Below are positions 9,769 through 20,517 of a stretch of 64,000 bases of DNA, piece by piece. Position numbers and translations under genes: made by a program. Numbering within the stretch: the first letter of the stretch is position 1; every line of letters starts with the position of its first letter. This DNA comes from Bacteroidota bacterium. GTDB lineage: Bacteria > Bacteroidota > Bacteroidia > Flavobacteriales_D > Sanyastnellaceae. Under the pieces are notes generated by a model. The model was not told where the DNA came from. It was given only the letters and a program-made list of their open reading frames with translations, and ran no database searches. The DNA is taken from NCBI GenBank assembly GCA_027619225.1, contig JAQCFW010000003.1:22834-86833 (forward strand), in the 5' to 3' direction.

Positions 9769-10496
9769 ATAAGAATTGGCTGAAGAATCTTCAAATTAGC
9801 AAGCGCCAAGGCGAAAAAAGGTTTGCTGTTTTGCTCGATCCAGATAAAATACCTAGCGGAGAAGAGCTATATAACTGGCTGAATGAAATTGAGCAATCTG
9901 GCGCAACCGATATACTCATTGGTGGCAGCCATCTGTCAAAAGGAAACACCGAAGAACTAGTTAAGAATGCTAAGAAACAGACAAGTTTACCAGTTGTTCT
10001 TTTCCCCGGATCCCCTGAGCAAGTTACTGAACATGCCGACGTCCTGTTATTTCTTAGTCTTGTAAGCGGTAGAAACGCAGATCTTTTGATTGGCCGACAC
10101 GTAGAAGCTGCTCCTCTAATAATGGCAATGGATATTGAAACTGTTGCCACAGCGTATTTGTTAGTTGGTGACGGCCCACTTACTACAGCCGCCTATATAA
10201 CGCAAACCCTACCCATTCCTGCTGCAAAACCAGAATTAGCTGTTGCAACTGCTTCAGCCGCAGTTTTGCTTGGTATGCAAGCCGTTTATCTTGATGCGGG
10301 AAGTGGAGCTGCGAATAGCATTCCTACCGAAGTGGTTTACGCAGTAAGTAACGCAGTAGAGGTTCCTATAATTGTAGGTGGGGGAATTCGAGATTTCGAA
10401 GGCATGGAAAGAGCCTGGGCAGCAGGAGCGGATCTTGTAGTGCTTGGTACTGTACTGGAAAAGGTGAGGGACTTTAGTCAGCTAACACCTTCTTAA
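9765..10496 (+). CDS. Geranylgeranylglyceryl / heptaprenylglyceryl phosphate synthase family protein (PcrB/GGGPS)
   Basis: 243-aa TIM-barrel pattern: FAVLLDPDK...DILIGGS...PVVLFPGS...DVLLFLSLVSGRN...YLDAGSGA...PIIVGGGIR...GADLVVLGT, as in group II GGGPS. Confidence 0.8.
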   Translation: MNKNWLKNLQISKRQGEKRFAVLLDPDKIPSGEELYNWLNEIEQSGATDILIGGSHLSKGNTEELVKNAKKQTSLPVVLFPGSPEQVTEHADVLLFLSLVSGRNADLLIGRHVEAAPLIMAMDIETVATAYLLVGDGPLTTAAYITQTLPIPAAKPELAVATASAAVLLGMQAVYLDAGSGAANSIPTEVVYAVSNAVEVPIIVGGGIRDFEGMERAWAAGADLVVLGTVLEKVRDFSQLTPS

Positions 10497-11733
10497 CGTT
10501 GCCGTTTTCATAGTGAAAAACATAAGTTACACCTAACTCTGGGCAATCAATACGCCTTCCTGACAAGTCATATACACAAATCAACTGTCCGAGGTCAATT
10601 GAGTCATCGATTAAAATGAGTTCGTTCAAAGCTGTGTTGATCTCTCCTATAGGCTGTTGCTGAGTAACACAGTGAACCATTCCACCTACGGATAACATAT
10701 TTCGACAATCTATACCAACCACATTTCTATTGGGATATAAATCACTAATAATAGCATTTGCTACTGCGTCATTGGGGTCGTTATAGTTGGGGACTAAAAC
10801 AACGCTATTTGCAATGTAATAATTTGTATAGGTTGAGCGGTAACCCACAGATTGCCCCCACGTTGTAACGACATCATTTACCGTTAACGGTAAATGAACT
10901 ATTTGAAATGGCACGCCATCCGTGTTTAATGCATTGTTGATTATCTGTCTATCAGAAAACGAAACCCCCCAATAAGCCTGATCGGTATGTGTAAGTGTCA
11001 CTAGAGTATTGTTACCGTGAAACCTAGCAAAACCATCAATATGTTGATCGGTTATATCATCTAATCCACCAAATTGTCCGTCTAACCAAACGAAATTTGT
11101 TACACCTAAATACTCCTGTAAGTAATCTTCAATTTGGGCTTCCGACAAATCAGGATTTCTGTCTGGGCCAGTTATTGAAGTTCTTGTAGCCATCAATGTT
11201 CCGTATCCGTCAATCTCAAAAGCCCCTCCCTCAAGTACCATTTCGTTGAGATCTATAATAGGTATATTGAGAGCATCAGCCACTGCAACAGGTATTGCAT
11301 CGCAAAGCTCAAAAGGAGCATTGCCTCCCCAACCATTAAAACCCCAATCTAAAATCGTTAAATTCACGTCAGAGTCGTAAACGAAAATGGGACCATTGTC
11401 TCTCACCCAAAAGTCATCAGTTTCAGCAATCACAAAATCTACAGAAGACATATCTACTTCAGATGCCTCTAATAGATTTACAATGTGATCTCTATGCACA
11501 TCGTCATACGCTATAATGTGAACTCTCTCACCATCAACCAAGGCTTCTGTCATTTGAACCCAGGAAGGCTCGAAATCCTCAGCACCAAAACCATAAGTAT
11601 GATTATGCGGCCATTGAAGCCATGTCCCTTCATGTGGAAGCTCTTCAAAAGGCATGGTATATTGAGCTGAAACTCCATGCACACAAACCCTCAAGATCAA
11701 CATCAACAAAATAAATGGCACCCTCATTTTCAT
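10474..11733 (-). CDS. Secreted agmatine deiminase / Porphyromonas-type peptidylarginine deiminase family (pentein fold) enzyme with probable T9SS C-terminal tail
   Basis: Signal peptide MKMRVPFILLMLILRVCVHGVSAQ. Family motifs are TWLQWPH, DDFWVRDNGPIFV, DWGFNGWG, VLEGGAFEIDGYGTL, DDITDQHIDGFARF and the catalytic-Cys motif GGMVHCVTQQQP. The last ~45 aa (LICVYDLSGRRIDCPELGVTYVFHYENGNVKKVL) resemble a short T9SS sorting domain. Confidence 0.8.
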   Translation of the reverse strand: MKMRVPFILLMLILRVCVHGVSAQYTMPFEELPHEGTWLQWPHNHTYGFGAEDFEPSWVQMTEALVDGERVHIIAYDDVHRDHIVNLLEASEVDMSSVDFVIAETDDFWVRDNGPIFVYDSDVNLTILDWGFNGWGGNAPFELCDAIPVAVADALNIPIIDLNEMVLEGGAFEIDGYGTLMATRTSITGPDRNPDLSEAQIEDYLQEYLGVTNFVWLDGQFGGLDDITDQHIDGFARFHGNNTLVTLTHTDQAYWGVSFSDRQIINNALNTDGVPFQIVHLPLTVNDVVTTWGQSVGYRSTYTNYYIANSVVLVPNYNDPNDAVANAIISDLYPNRNVVGIDCRNMLSVGGMVHCVTQQQPIGEINTALNELILIDDSIDLGQLICVYDLSGRRIDCPELGVTYVFHYENGNVKKVLAD

Positions 11734-11756
11734 AGATGCAAATTAGTTCATCTAAC

Positions 11757-14015
11757 TTAAAAACGGTACTCAAGATTTATAAACCCATGACGACCAGCCT
11801 GTGGGTAGACATAATTCTCTGTAACCATTGCATCTACTCCGCCATATAAATAACTATAAGTCCAACCATTTGCACTATACATTTCGTTGAAAATATTATT
11901 TGCAAAAAGTGACACACTTAGTCCACTCCCAGACTCAGGAGACCATCTAACAACGAAATCATTCACTAGATATGATGGCAATGATCTTTCGTCATTTGAA
12001 GTATTATCAAGGTATTGTTTGCCCACAAATTTAGCGGCATGCTCAAAATTTATTGAGTTTTTATCATTAGACCAAACCTTAATTCCAATAATACTTGCCG
12101 CAACTACTGAGGGCGAAAATGCAATGTCTGTATTAAGGTGAGTTATAGGAATTACAGTAGGAAGCATGGAAATATAATCGTATAGAATTTCATCAAACTC
12201 TTTAATTTTATTCTTAGATAATGTCAAATTACCATCCCATCTAAGGCGAGATGAAATTTCAACTCCACCTTGTAATTCCACACCCTGCCTAAAACTATTA
12301 GGTACATTTATTCTCACCACATTTCCAACATCATTGAGCGCTCCTGTAGCTACTAATTGGTCTTGATAACCCATGTGATATAACCCGATTTCAGCAGCCC
12401 ATTTTTTCCCATAGGTCTTAAATCCAGTTTCGATGTTCAATAATCTCTCAGGCTTAATTAAAGTAGAACTCCAGCCCGGATGATCTAAATAATCACTTCT
12501 AGCTGGCTCTCTGTTTGCGATAGCAACTGAAGCAAATGCTCTTACGTTTTCCGACGGCTTGAAATCTAACCCAAGCTTAGGGTTGAAAAACAACATATTA
12601 TGATCAAACATAAAGTTCTGCAAATCAGAGTCTACTCCATTAGAAGTGTAAAGCACAGATCGGATTTGTGCTTCACCTTGAACTTTAATTAGTCTAGGTA
12701 TTAAATCAAAACTAATTCTTGAGTATGCACTCATGTCATGTTTATTACCCACATTATCGTAGTACTTAGTACCCGGCATCACATCGAATGCATGTTGCAT
12801 CCAAATTATCTCACCGAAATGGTCACCAGAATAAGTAGAGTAAGCAAAACCAGCATCTAACTTTGCTTCTTTGATAGGTACGCTCAAATTGATAATGCTT
12901 CCTAAAAGATTATTATCAAGCCATCTTCTACGAATGACATTCGTTGATTCTGGGGAAGTCGAGTTAGGAAACATTGGAGCTTCTAAACCATACGACTGAA
13001 AGGAATCTCCAGATCGAAACTGTTCATAAAACCCAGCACCTGAAGTAGAGTAAAGAGTCAGTGCTATATCCGCTAATCCGACTTTTTGATCAAAATGAAG
13101 TTGTAAATGATTTTGGGCATAATCGTCTACTTCATTTTCATAGTTATAATAATTATGAGTCCTTCTATTTTCAATCAAATCCGTTACTCGCTCAGAATCC
13201 GAGCCGTATCCATATTCAGATGAGCCTGCAGCCCAATCGAGTATTTGTTGGTCAGTAACATTTTCGTCTGTCGCTAATTGTGGTACACCATACCAAGCTT
13301 GATATGTCCTCTCATTTCCTAACATAGTTGTAAACGACATCCTACCGCTTAACCATCTTTTTGCAATTGAAGTGTAAAGTGAGTTAAGCTCACTTGAAGC
13401 TCTATCAATATAACCGTCTGATGAAACATGAGAAGCTCTTCCATCAAATGAAAAACCATTACCTATCATTCCCGTATTCCAACTTACAGACTCTCTTGAT
13501 GAATTAAAACTACCCATTCCTAACACAGCCCTTACTCCAGGCTTGACGATCGCACCTAATGTGTTTACAGCTACTGAAGCACCGAATGCTCCAGCTCCTA
13601 CAGTGCTTGTCCCAACTCCTCTTTGGATTTGAAGACCGGAAACACTAGCACCTAAATCTGGCAAATCAACCCAGTAAACCCCCTGAGACTCAGCATCGTT
13701 TAATGGAACACCATTAATAGTAACGTTAACTCTACTAGCGTCGGTTCCTCGAATTCTCATTCCTGTGTATCCTATACCATTTCCAGCATCAGAAGTAACA
13801 ACAACAGAAGGAGCAAACCTTAAAAGGAAAGGTAAATCTTGGGCCGCATCGCGTTTGTTTAAATCCTCAGCATCGAAATCTGAGTGGGTAAATGGTGCTC
13901 TTTCATCTGAAGTCACGGCAGTAATTGCGGCGGGACGGATTAGGTTAATTGAATCAATTTGGGCTTGAAAGAAAGCTGAAGAAAACAGAAAAATAAATAA
14001 AATTGATATACGCAT
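11757..14015 (-). CDS. TonB-dependent outer-membrane receptor (riboswitch context suggests a thiamine or thiamine-precursor receptor)
   Basis: 752 aa with a signal peptide, a plug domain (MRIRGTDASRVNVTINGVPLNDAESQGVYWVDLPD..IQRGVGTS) and the terminal beta-signal GFINLEYRF. It is preceded by the TPP riboswitch. Confidence 0.9.
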   Translation of the reverse strand: MRISILFIFLFSSAFFQAQIDSINLIRPAAITAVTSDERAPFTHSDFDAEDLNKRDAAQDLPFLLRFAPSVVVTSDAGNGIGYTGMRIRGTDASRVNVTINGVPLNDAESQGVYWVDLPDLGASVSGLQIQRGVGTSTVGAGAFGASVAVNTLGAIVKPGVRAVLGMGSFNSSRESVSWNTGMIGNGFSFDGRASHVSSDGYIDRASSELNSLYTSIAKRWLSGRMSFTTMLGNERTYQAWYGVPQLATDENVTDQQILDWAAGSSEYGYGSDSERVTDLIENRRTHNYYNYENEVDDYAQNHLQLHFDQKVGLADIALTLYSTSGAGFYEQFRSGDSFQSYGLEAPMFPNSTSPESTNVIRRRWLDNNLLGSIINLSVPIKEAKLDAGFAYSTYSGDHFGEIIWMQHAFDVMPGTKYYDNVGNKHDMSAYSRISFDLIPRLIKVQGEAQIRSVLYTSNGVDSDLQNFMFDHNMLFFNPKLGLDFKPSENVRAFASVAIANREPARSDYLDHPGWSSTLIKPERLLNIETGFKTYGKKWAAEIGLYHMGYQDQLVATGALNDVGNVVRINVPNSFRQGVELQGGVEISSRLRWDGNLTLSKNKIKEFDEILYDYISMLPTVIPITHLNTDIAFSPSVVAASIIGIKVWSNDKNSINFEHAAKFVGKQYLDNTSNDERSLPSYLVNDFVVRWSPESGSGLSVSLFANNIFNEMYSANGWTYSYLYGGVDAMVTENYVYPQAGRHGFINLEYRF

Positions 14016-14049
14016 AGCATCGTTTTTAAATTAAAAAAAAAATATGACG

Positions 14050-14142
14050 CAGGCGTATTCTTATATGACATCTTCCACCCCGGTATTACCCGGTCAGGTT
14101 CAAAGGGTATATATCTCAGCCAAAAGGCACCCCTGCATCGTG
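14050..14142 (-). promoter_or_regulatory. TPP (THI-box) riboswitch aptamer in the 5' leader of the TonB-dependent receptor
   Basis: The reverse strand reads GCAGGGGUGCCUUUUGGCUGAGAUAUAUACCCUUUGAACCUGACCGGGUAAUACCGGGGUGGAAGAUG. It contains the conserved GGGGUGC, CUGAGA, ACCCUUUGAACCUGA and GGUAAUACC blocks. Boundaries are approximate. Confidence 0.88.
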
Positions 14143-14176
14143 GTCAAATTTAACGTATGACGACTATATTAGACGC

Positions 14177-14962
14177 ATGTTGTCAGAAAAACTTTTTCAA
14201 AAAGCTATAACACTATCAATTAAAGCGGCTGGGGCAGGCTCAAAAGTCCTACTTTCATCATTAAGCTCATCTAATGACGATCTGCATATAGAATCAAAGA
14301 AAGATGGCTCATTGGTTTCTGATGCAGATTATGCTTCAGATAAAATAATAACTGAAATCCTCAGTCCACTTGGCATACCTATTCTCAGTGAAGAGTCAGC
14401 ACTCCCCAGTTTTAAAGAACGAAAAGATTGGCCTTACTATTTTTTAATTGACCCACTAGACGGAACTGAATCTTTTCTAAAAAACAGGTCAGGTTTTGCA
14501 GTCAACATAGCTCTTTGCGATTCTACTGGCCCTATCATAGGTGTTGTAGCTGACCCACTGTCTAACATTATTTACACAGGTGTATTAAGTAAAGGGTTTT
14601 CCATTTGCCAATTAGATGGCACTTGCCTTAAAACCATACAAACTACTCCTATTCAAAAGCCGTACCGACTCCTCACATCTTGGGTTGAAAAAGAGGGGGT
14701 TGAGGCACTTCTTCCACCAGGAATTCTTGCAAAAGATGTAATACTTAGGCCAGTTAGTGGTGCATTGAAGTTTTGTAAACTCGCATTAGGAGAAGCTGAA
14801 ATACACGCTAGAACTGGCACATACATGGAATGGGATTGTGCTGCAGGAGACGGTATTCTAAGGTCAATTGGTATTGATGTATTTGACAGACACACTCATA
14901 AACGTCTTAAATACAACACTGAAGATCTTAAGGTTAGAGGCTTATATACTTCTAAAGTGTAA
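14177..14962 (+). CDS. Inositol monophosphatase family protein, CysQ-like 3'(2'),5'-bisphosphate nucleotidase
   Basis: Motifs ILSEES, FLIDPLDGTESF and WDCAAGDGILRS are typical of the IMPase/CysQ family. Confidence 0.75.
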   Translation: MLSEKLFQKAITLSIKAAGAGSKVLLSSLSSSNDDLHIESKKDGSLVSDADYASDKIITEILSPLGIPILSEESALPSFKERKDWPYYFLIDPLDGTESFLKNRSGFAVNIALCDSTGPIIGVVADPLSNIIYTGVLSKGFSICQLDGTCLKTIQTTPIQKPYRLLTSWVEKEGVEALLPPGILAKDVILRPVSGALKFCKLALGEAEIHARTGTYMEWDCAAGDGILRSIGIDVFDRHTHKRLKYNTEDLKVRGLYTSKV

Positions 14963-14973
14963 ACTGAACAGGC

Positions 14974-15924
14974 TTATCTATAGGGGCCATCCTCGAAAGT
15001 CTTATACATTTCTAAATAATTTGAGTACCGCTCTTTAGACACATTACCCTCCTCAACCTGCTTTTTCACTGCACATCCCGGCTCACCCACATGCACACAA
15101 TTGTTAAACTTACAAAAGTGTAGAAGTTTAAAAAACTCAGGGAAATGATGGTTCAGCGTACTCTTTCCCAATGTTACTAAACCAAACCCTTTTATCCCTG
15201 GTGTATCAATAATAAACCCACCTCCTGGAACCGAAAACATTTCAGCAAAAGTAGTTGTGTGCCTTCCTTTTGAATGAGATTCCGACACATCCGCAGTTTT
15301 AAGTTCTAAACCCGGAATAAGCATATTGATGATTGTGCTTTTACCTACACCACTGTGCCCAGAAAGTAAATTGATGCCCGAATTTAATTCCTCTCTAAAT
15401 TCTTTTATTCCTAAACCAGATTCAGCTGAAACCCTCATCGTTTCGTAACCAACTCTTGAATAGATACCCTCCAACTCCTCTTGCCTTAACAAGGCCTCTT
15501 TGTCTGAACTTAACAAATCTAATTTGTTAAATACAATCGTAGTCGGAATTCCGTACGCTTCTGCTGTAACTAAGAATCTGTCAATAAATCCGGAGCTCGT
15601 CCTTGGCTTAGCAATTGTGACAATAAGATAGGCTCTATCTAAGTTTGAAGCGACAATGTGAGTTTCCTTAGAAAGGTTAACTGATTTTCGAGCAATGTAA
15701 TTCCTCCTCTCCTCTATACTATCTATGCTACCTGTTCCGTCATTTGCCCTGATAAATTGTACTGCATCACCTACCGCAATAGGGTTGGTAGACCGAAAAC
15801 CCTGCAGCCGCATCTTCCCCTTGATTCTACATCGAATATTCTCCCCTGAGGAGTCTTGTACATCATACCAAGATCCTGTAGATCTAAATACTATTCCTCT
15901 TTCAGTATTGGTTTCAGTACTCAA
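14974..15924 (-). CDS. rsgA: Ribosome small-subunit-dependent GTPase A
   Basis: N-terminal OB fold (GIVFRSTGSWYDV), circularly permuted GTPase (NKLDL ... GHSGVGKSTIIN) and the zinc knuckle CKFNNCVHVGEPGCAV. Confidence 0.93.
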   Translation of the reverse strand: MSTETNTERGIVFRSTGSWYDVQDSSGENIRCRIKGKMRLQGFRSTNPIAVGDAVQFIRANDGTGSIDSIEERRNYIARKSVNLSKETHIVASNLDRAYLIVTIAKPRTSSGFIDRFLVTAEAYGIPTTIVFNKLDLLSSDKEALLRQEELEGIYSRVGYETMRVSAESGLGIKEFREELNSGINLLSGHSGVGKSTIINMLIPGLELKTADVSESHSKGRHTTTFAEMFSVPGGGFIIDTPGIKGFGLVTLGKSTLNHHFPEFFKLLHFCKFNNCVHVGEPGCAVKKQVEEGNVSKERYSNYLEMYKTFEDGPYR

Positions 15925-16622
15925 GAAGTAAGATCTTTAAAAGCCGCTTCAAGCCCACCATCTCTGCTCGTGAAAACATCCGTGGCCTCATCCGCTACAA
16001 CCTCTCCATTCTTAATCAGTACAACACGATCACACATAGCTTCCACCTCTTGCATGACATGCGTAGAAAGAAGTACCGTTCTTTCACGACCTATGTTTTT
16101 TATGAGTGCCCTTACTTCAACAAGTTGATTGGGGTCCAAACCGGAAGTCGGCTCATCAAGTATCAATACTTCCGGCTCATGTATAATCGCCGCTGCAAGA
16201 CCCACCCTTTGGCGATAGCCCTTAGACAATTGACTTATTTTCTTGCTGGATTCAGGCTCTAATGCCACAAGAGACATAACTTCCTCAACCCTTTTAGCAA
16301 CGTTATTTACTTGATACATCCCACCTACAAAACTCAAATATTCACGTATGAACATTTCTTCGGGCAAGGGATTGTGCTCTGGCAAATAACCTATTCGCTT
16401 TTTTGTTTCAAGAGGCTCAGAATCAACATCAAAACCACAAACTTCAACATAACCTGAAGTTGCGGGCAAGTACCCAGAGATTAATCGCATTAACGTTGAT
16501 TTACCTGCACCGTTTGGGCCTAAAAGACCTAAAACCTGGCCCGAAGGGACTTTCAAGCTAACATCATTAAGAGCAGCTTGTCCATCAAAAACTTTCGTGG
16601 CGTGTTTTACGTTAATCGACAT
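15921..16622 (-). CDS. ABC transporter ATP-binding protein with no adjacent permease; GldA-like N-terminal sequence but short
   Basis: Walker A GPNGAGKST, signature LSKGYRQR, Walker B LILDEPTSGLD. The IGYLPEHNPL..MFIREYL segment resembles GldA. It overlaps the rsgA start by 4 nt and lies 20 nt downstream of groEL. Confidence 0.8.
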   Translation of the reverse strand: MSINVKHATKVFDGQAALNDVSLKVPSGQVLGLLGPNGAGKSTLMRLISGYLPATSGYVEVCGFDVDSEPLETKKRIGYLPEHNPLPEEMFIREYLSFVGGMYQVNNVAKRVEEVMSLVALEPESSKKISQLSKGYRQRVGLAAAIIHEPEVLILDEPTSGLDPNQLVEVRALIKNIGRERTVLLSTHVMQEVEAMCDRVVLIKNGEVVADEATDVFTSRDGGLEAAFKDLTS

Positions 16623-16642
16623 TAATCTGAAAGTGTTTTATG

Positions 16643-18582
<1,940 letters not shown>

Positions 18583-18733
18583 CTGATATATAAATAATAA
18601 AGAATAGCTGGAGCCAAAAAAGGTGCTACACAGAAAAATTACGAGCGCTAAATTACGTTAGAATAAATATAAAATCTAATCCTTTAAGCAATAAATAAGC
18701 GATAAATAAGCGATAAAAACTTCGGAGTTATAC

Positions 18734-19075
18734 CTACTCAGAAGGACTGTCAGTGGAAGACTCTGCTTCAACTGGAGCAGCAACTTCAACCGGAGCTGGT
18801 ATCGAAGTTTCACTTGGCATAAAGCTCTCGTCAATACCGACATTAGCTTCCGTGTTTCCATTGTAGATACTTGCACCCATGCAAGTCACAAATAATGCAA
18901 CCACAAGGTACCAAGTACTCTTCTCAAGGAAGTCTGTTGTGCGTTGCACACCGCCCATAGCGGCACCACCTGTAAATCCAGATGCGAGTCCACCACCTTT
19001 GGGGTTTTGGACTAAAATAACTGCTCCTAAAAGGAAGCAGATGATCAAAATAATAACTGTGAGGAGAGTTCCCAT
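18734..19075 (-). CDS. secG: Preprotein translocase subunit SecG
   Basis: 113 aa with two TM helices. The N-terminal helix is followed by ILVQNPKGGGLASGFTGG, the SecG signature. Confidence 0.88.
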   Translation of the reverse strand: MGTLLTVIILIICFLLGAVILVQNPKGGGLASGFTGGAAMGGVQRTTDFLEKSTWYLVVALFVTCMGASIYNGNTEANVGIDESFMPSETSIPAPVEVAAPVEAESSTDSPSE

Positions 19076-19085
19076 GATAGTCTTC

Positions 19086-20003
19086 TTAGTTGTTGCTTAG
19101 CTTTTTCAGCTGGAATGCAAAATAAACACTTTTATCAGGATATTTCAAAGCTAACATCTTAAAAGCTTTCCTTGCGCGCCCAATTTGGCCCTGAGAAGCA
19201 TATAATTTCGCCATCGTTTCAGTCACTAAACTCGGGTCGTATTGTAGCCCTTTACTCGCCCATTCTTCAACCGGTGTTTCAACATCTCTAACAACTCCAA
19301 TAGACGGATTCTTCTTTTTCAAAAACGCATCAATAATAGTCGATGCACCCCGTTCTACAAGGGATTCATGGTTTCCATAATCTCCAAATGATGTTTCTAC
19401 TGCCCTTGTCTTCAACCACTTTCCGAACATAGAATTTGCTTCACCAACCCCTTTTACCACATTCAATTCACCATCCAAAACGGCGTCTTTTTCAAGCTCA
19501 TTTTCACCGCTTTTATAATGTTGAAAATAATTTGAATTTTTTTCTATCCCCCCCCCTTTATGGGGCTCTTTTTCGTCCCAACTCTCCATTTCAACGCTCA
19601 AAGAAGTCGCGATTGCTTCGACTACAGCTTCTCTTTCACTCAAAATCTGCTCAGATTCATCATCTGATTTTCTCTTATCTATATGCCAAACCAATTCCAG
19701 CAACTCATCCTCTGACACCTCATCTTCCGTTTCAATCACTTTGTGTATTTCCCTCGCTTCACGCCTTAAATCTTCACCGAACATTAATTCAAAAAGTGCC
19801 TTCCTAGAGTTGCAATGTGCGGCGGCGGCGAGAAGGTCTTGTTTTTGGTCCAAATGGCCAGCATCCTTAGAGGCCTTAGCAAGTAACATGCGGAACGGGC
19901 CACTATATGGATGATTCGAAACCAATTCAGCTAAATCATCACGCAAATCTGTCAGATCTGTTTCTTTGTGAGTAAGAATTGAATTTAATCGCTGAATATT
20001 CAT
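19086..20003 (-). CDS. Conserved Bacteroidota hypothetical protein with a C-terminal TPR-like helix pair
   Basis: The ORF track gives 19086..20030. I prefer the ATG at 20003 (MNIQRLNSIL), which removes the overlap with the upstream gene. The C-terminal ETMAKLYASQGQIGRARKAFKMLALKYPDKSVYFAFQLKKL is a motif I recall from the equivalent flavobacterial gene between the lptE-like gene and secG. Confidence 0.5.
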   Translation of the reverse strand: MNIQRLNSILTHKETDLTDLRDDLAELVSNHPYSGPFRMLLAKASKDAGHLDQKQDLLAAAAHCNSRKALFELMFGEDLRREAREIHKVIETEDEVSEDELLELVWHIDKRKSDDESEQILSEREAVVEAIATSLSVEMESWDEKEPHKGGGIEKNSNYFQHYKSGENELEKDAVLDGELNVVKGVGEANSMFGKWLKTRAVETSFGDYGNHESLVERGASTIIDAFLKKKNPSIGVVRDVETPVEEWASKGLQYDPSLVTETMAKLYASQGQIGRARKAFKMLALKYPDKSVYFAFQLKKLSNN

Positions 20004-20007
20004 TTTC

Positions 20008-20517
20008 TCACCAATTTCCGAGGCTTGCATTAAAAATATCCAAAGATAACAACTCGCCTATCTCACTTGCAATCTCATCTTCTATAGAAAATATATCAGA
20101 ACTACTCGGTACATCGACAAAACGGCTAAATTTTCTTTGAAAACTCAGAGATTCATCTAAGCTGTTGGTATAAATAACATCCACTGTGATTGTAACTCTA
20201 TTTGCACTCGCTGTCTCATCTCCTTGTACGTTAATCGGCTGTACTAACCAATCCACCACTCTTCCCGAAAATGTTAACTCTGATTCTGCATCTACTAATT
20301 TCAAAGTTGACTGCCTCTGAACTCTGTCCACTAGTGACTCTGAAATACTGAGTGCCGAAGTAGCAGAAACCAATGGATGAGTTGCTTCAAAAATAGATAC
20401 GCTAAAGGTCTTAGCGCCAGAAGTTGCAGCTCCATATGGAGAATATACACCACAGCTACTAATCGTGGCAATGGCGAACATAACGCTGATAAATAATATG
20501 TACTTTATCAAATTCAT
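20008..20517 (-). CDS. Lipoprotein, LptE-like
   Basis: 169 aa with lipobox IATISSCG. The size and the position after the sigma-54 activator match the LptE-family gene of Flavobacteriia. The sequence alone is only weakly diagnostic. Confidence 0.45.
   Translation of the reverse strand: MNLIKYILFISVMFAIATISSCGVYSPYGAATSGAKTFSVSIFEATHPLVSATSALSISESLVDRVQRQSTLKLVDAESELTFSGRVVDWLVQPINVQGDETASANRVTITVDVIYTNSLDESLSFQRKFSRFVDVPSSSDIFSIEDEIASEIGELLSLDIFNASLGNW

Noticed and set aside
14016-14049. Run of ten T on the minus strand after the TPP aptamer, considered as a riboswitch-controlled intrinsic terminator.
   Set aside because: I could not find a convincing GC-rich stem directly preceding the T-run. 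The best candidate is a 3-bp ACG/CGT stem. The expression platform is left undefined.
18583-18680. Possible CIRCE heat-shock operator upstream of groES (TAGCTGGAGCC...GGTGCTA).
   Set aside because: Only the outer TAGC/GCTA tetramers are complementary. It does not match TTAGCACTC-N9-GAGTGCTAA.
18691-18716. Tandem 11-nt repeat ATAAATAAGCG, 2 full copies plus a partial third, between secG and groES.
   Set aside because: It is too short and AT-rich to call a functional repeat. It may be a slippage duplication or part of an UP-like element, and nothing supports more than that.
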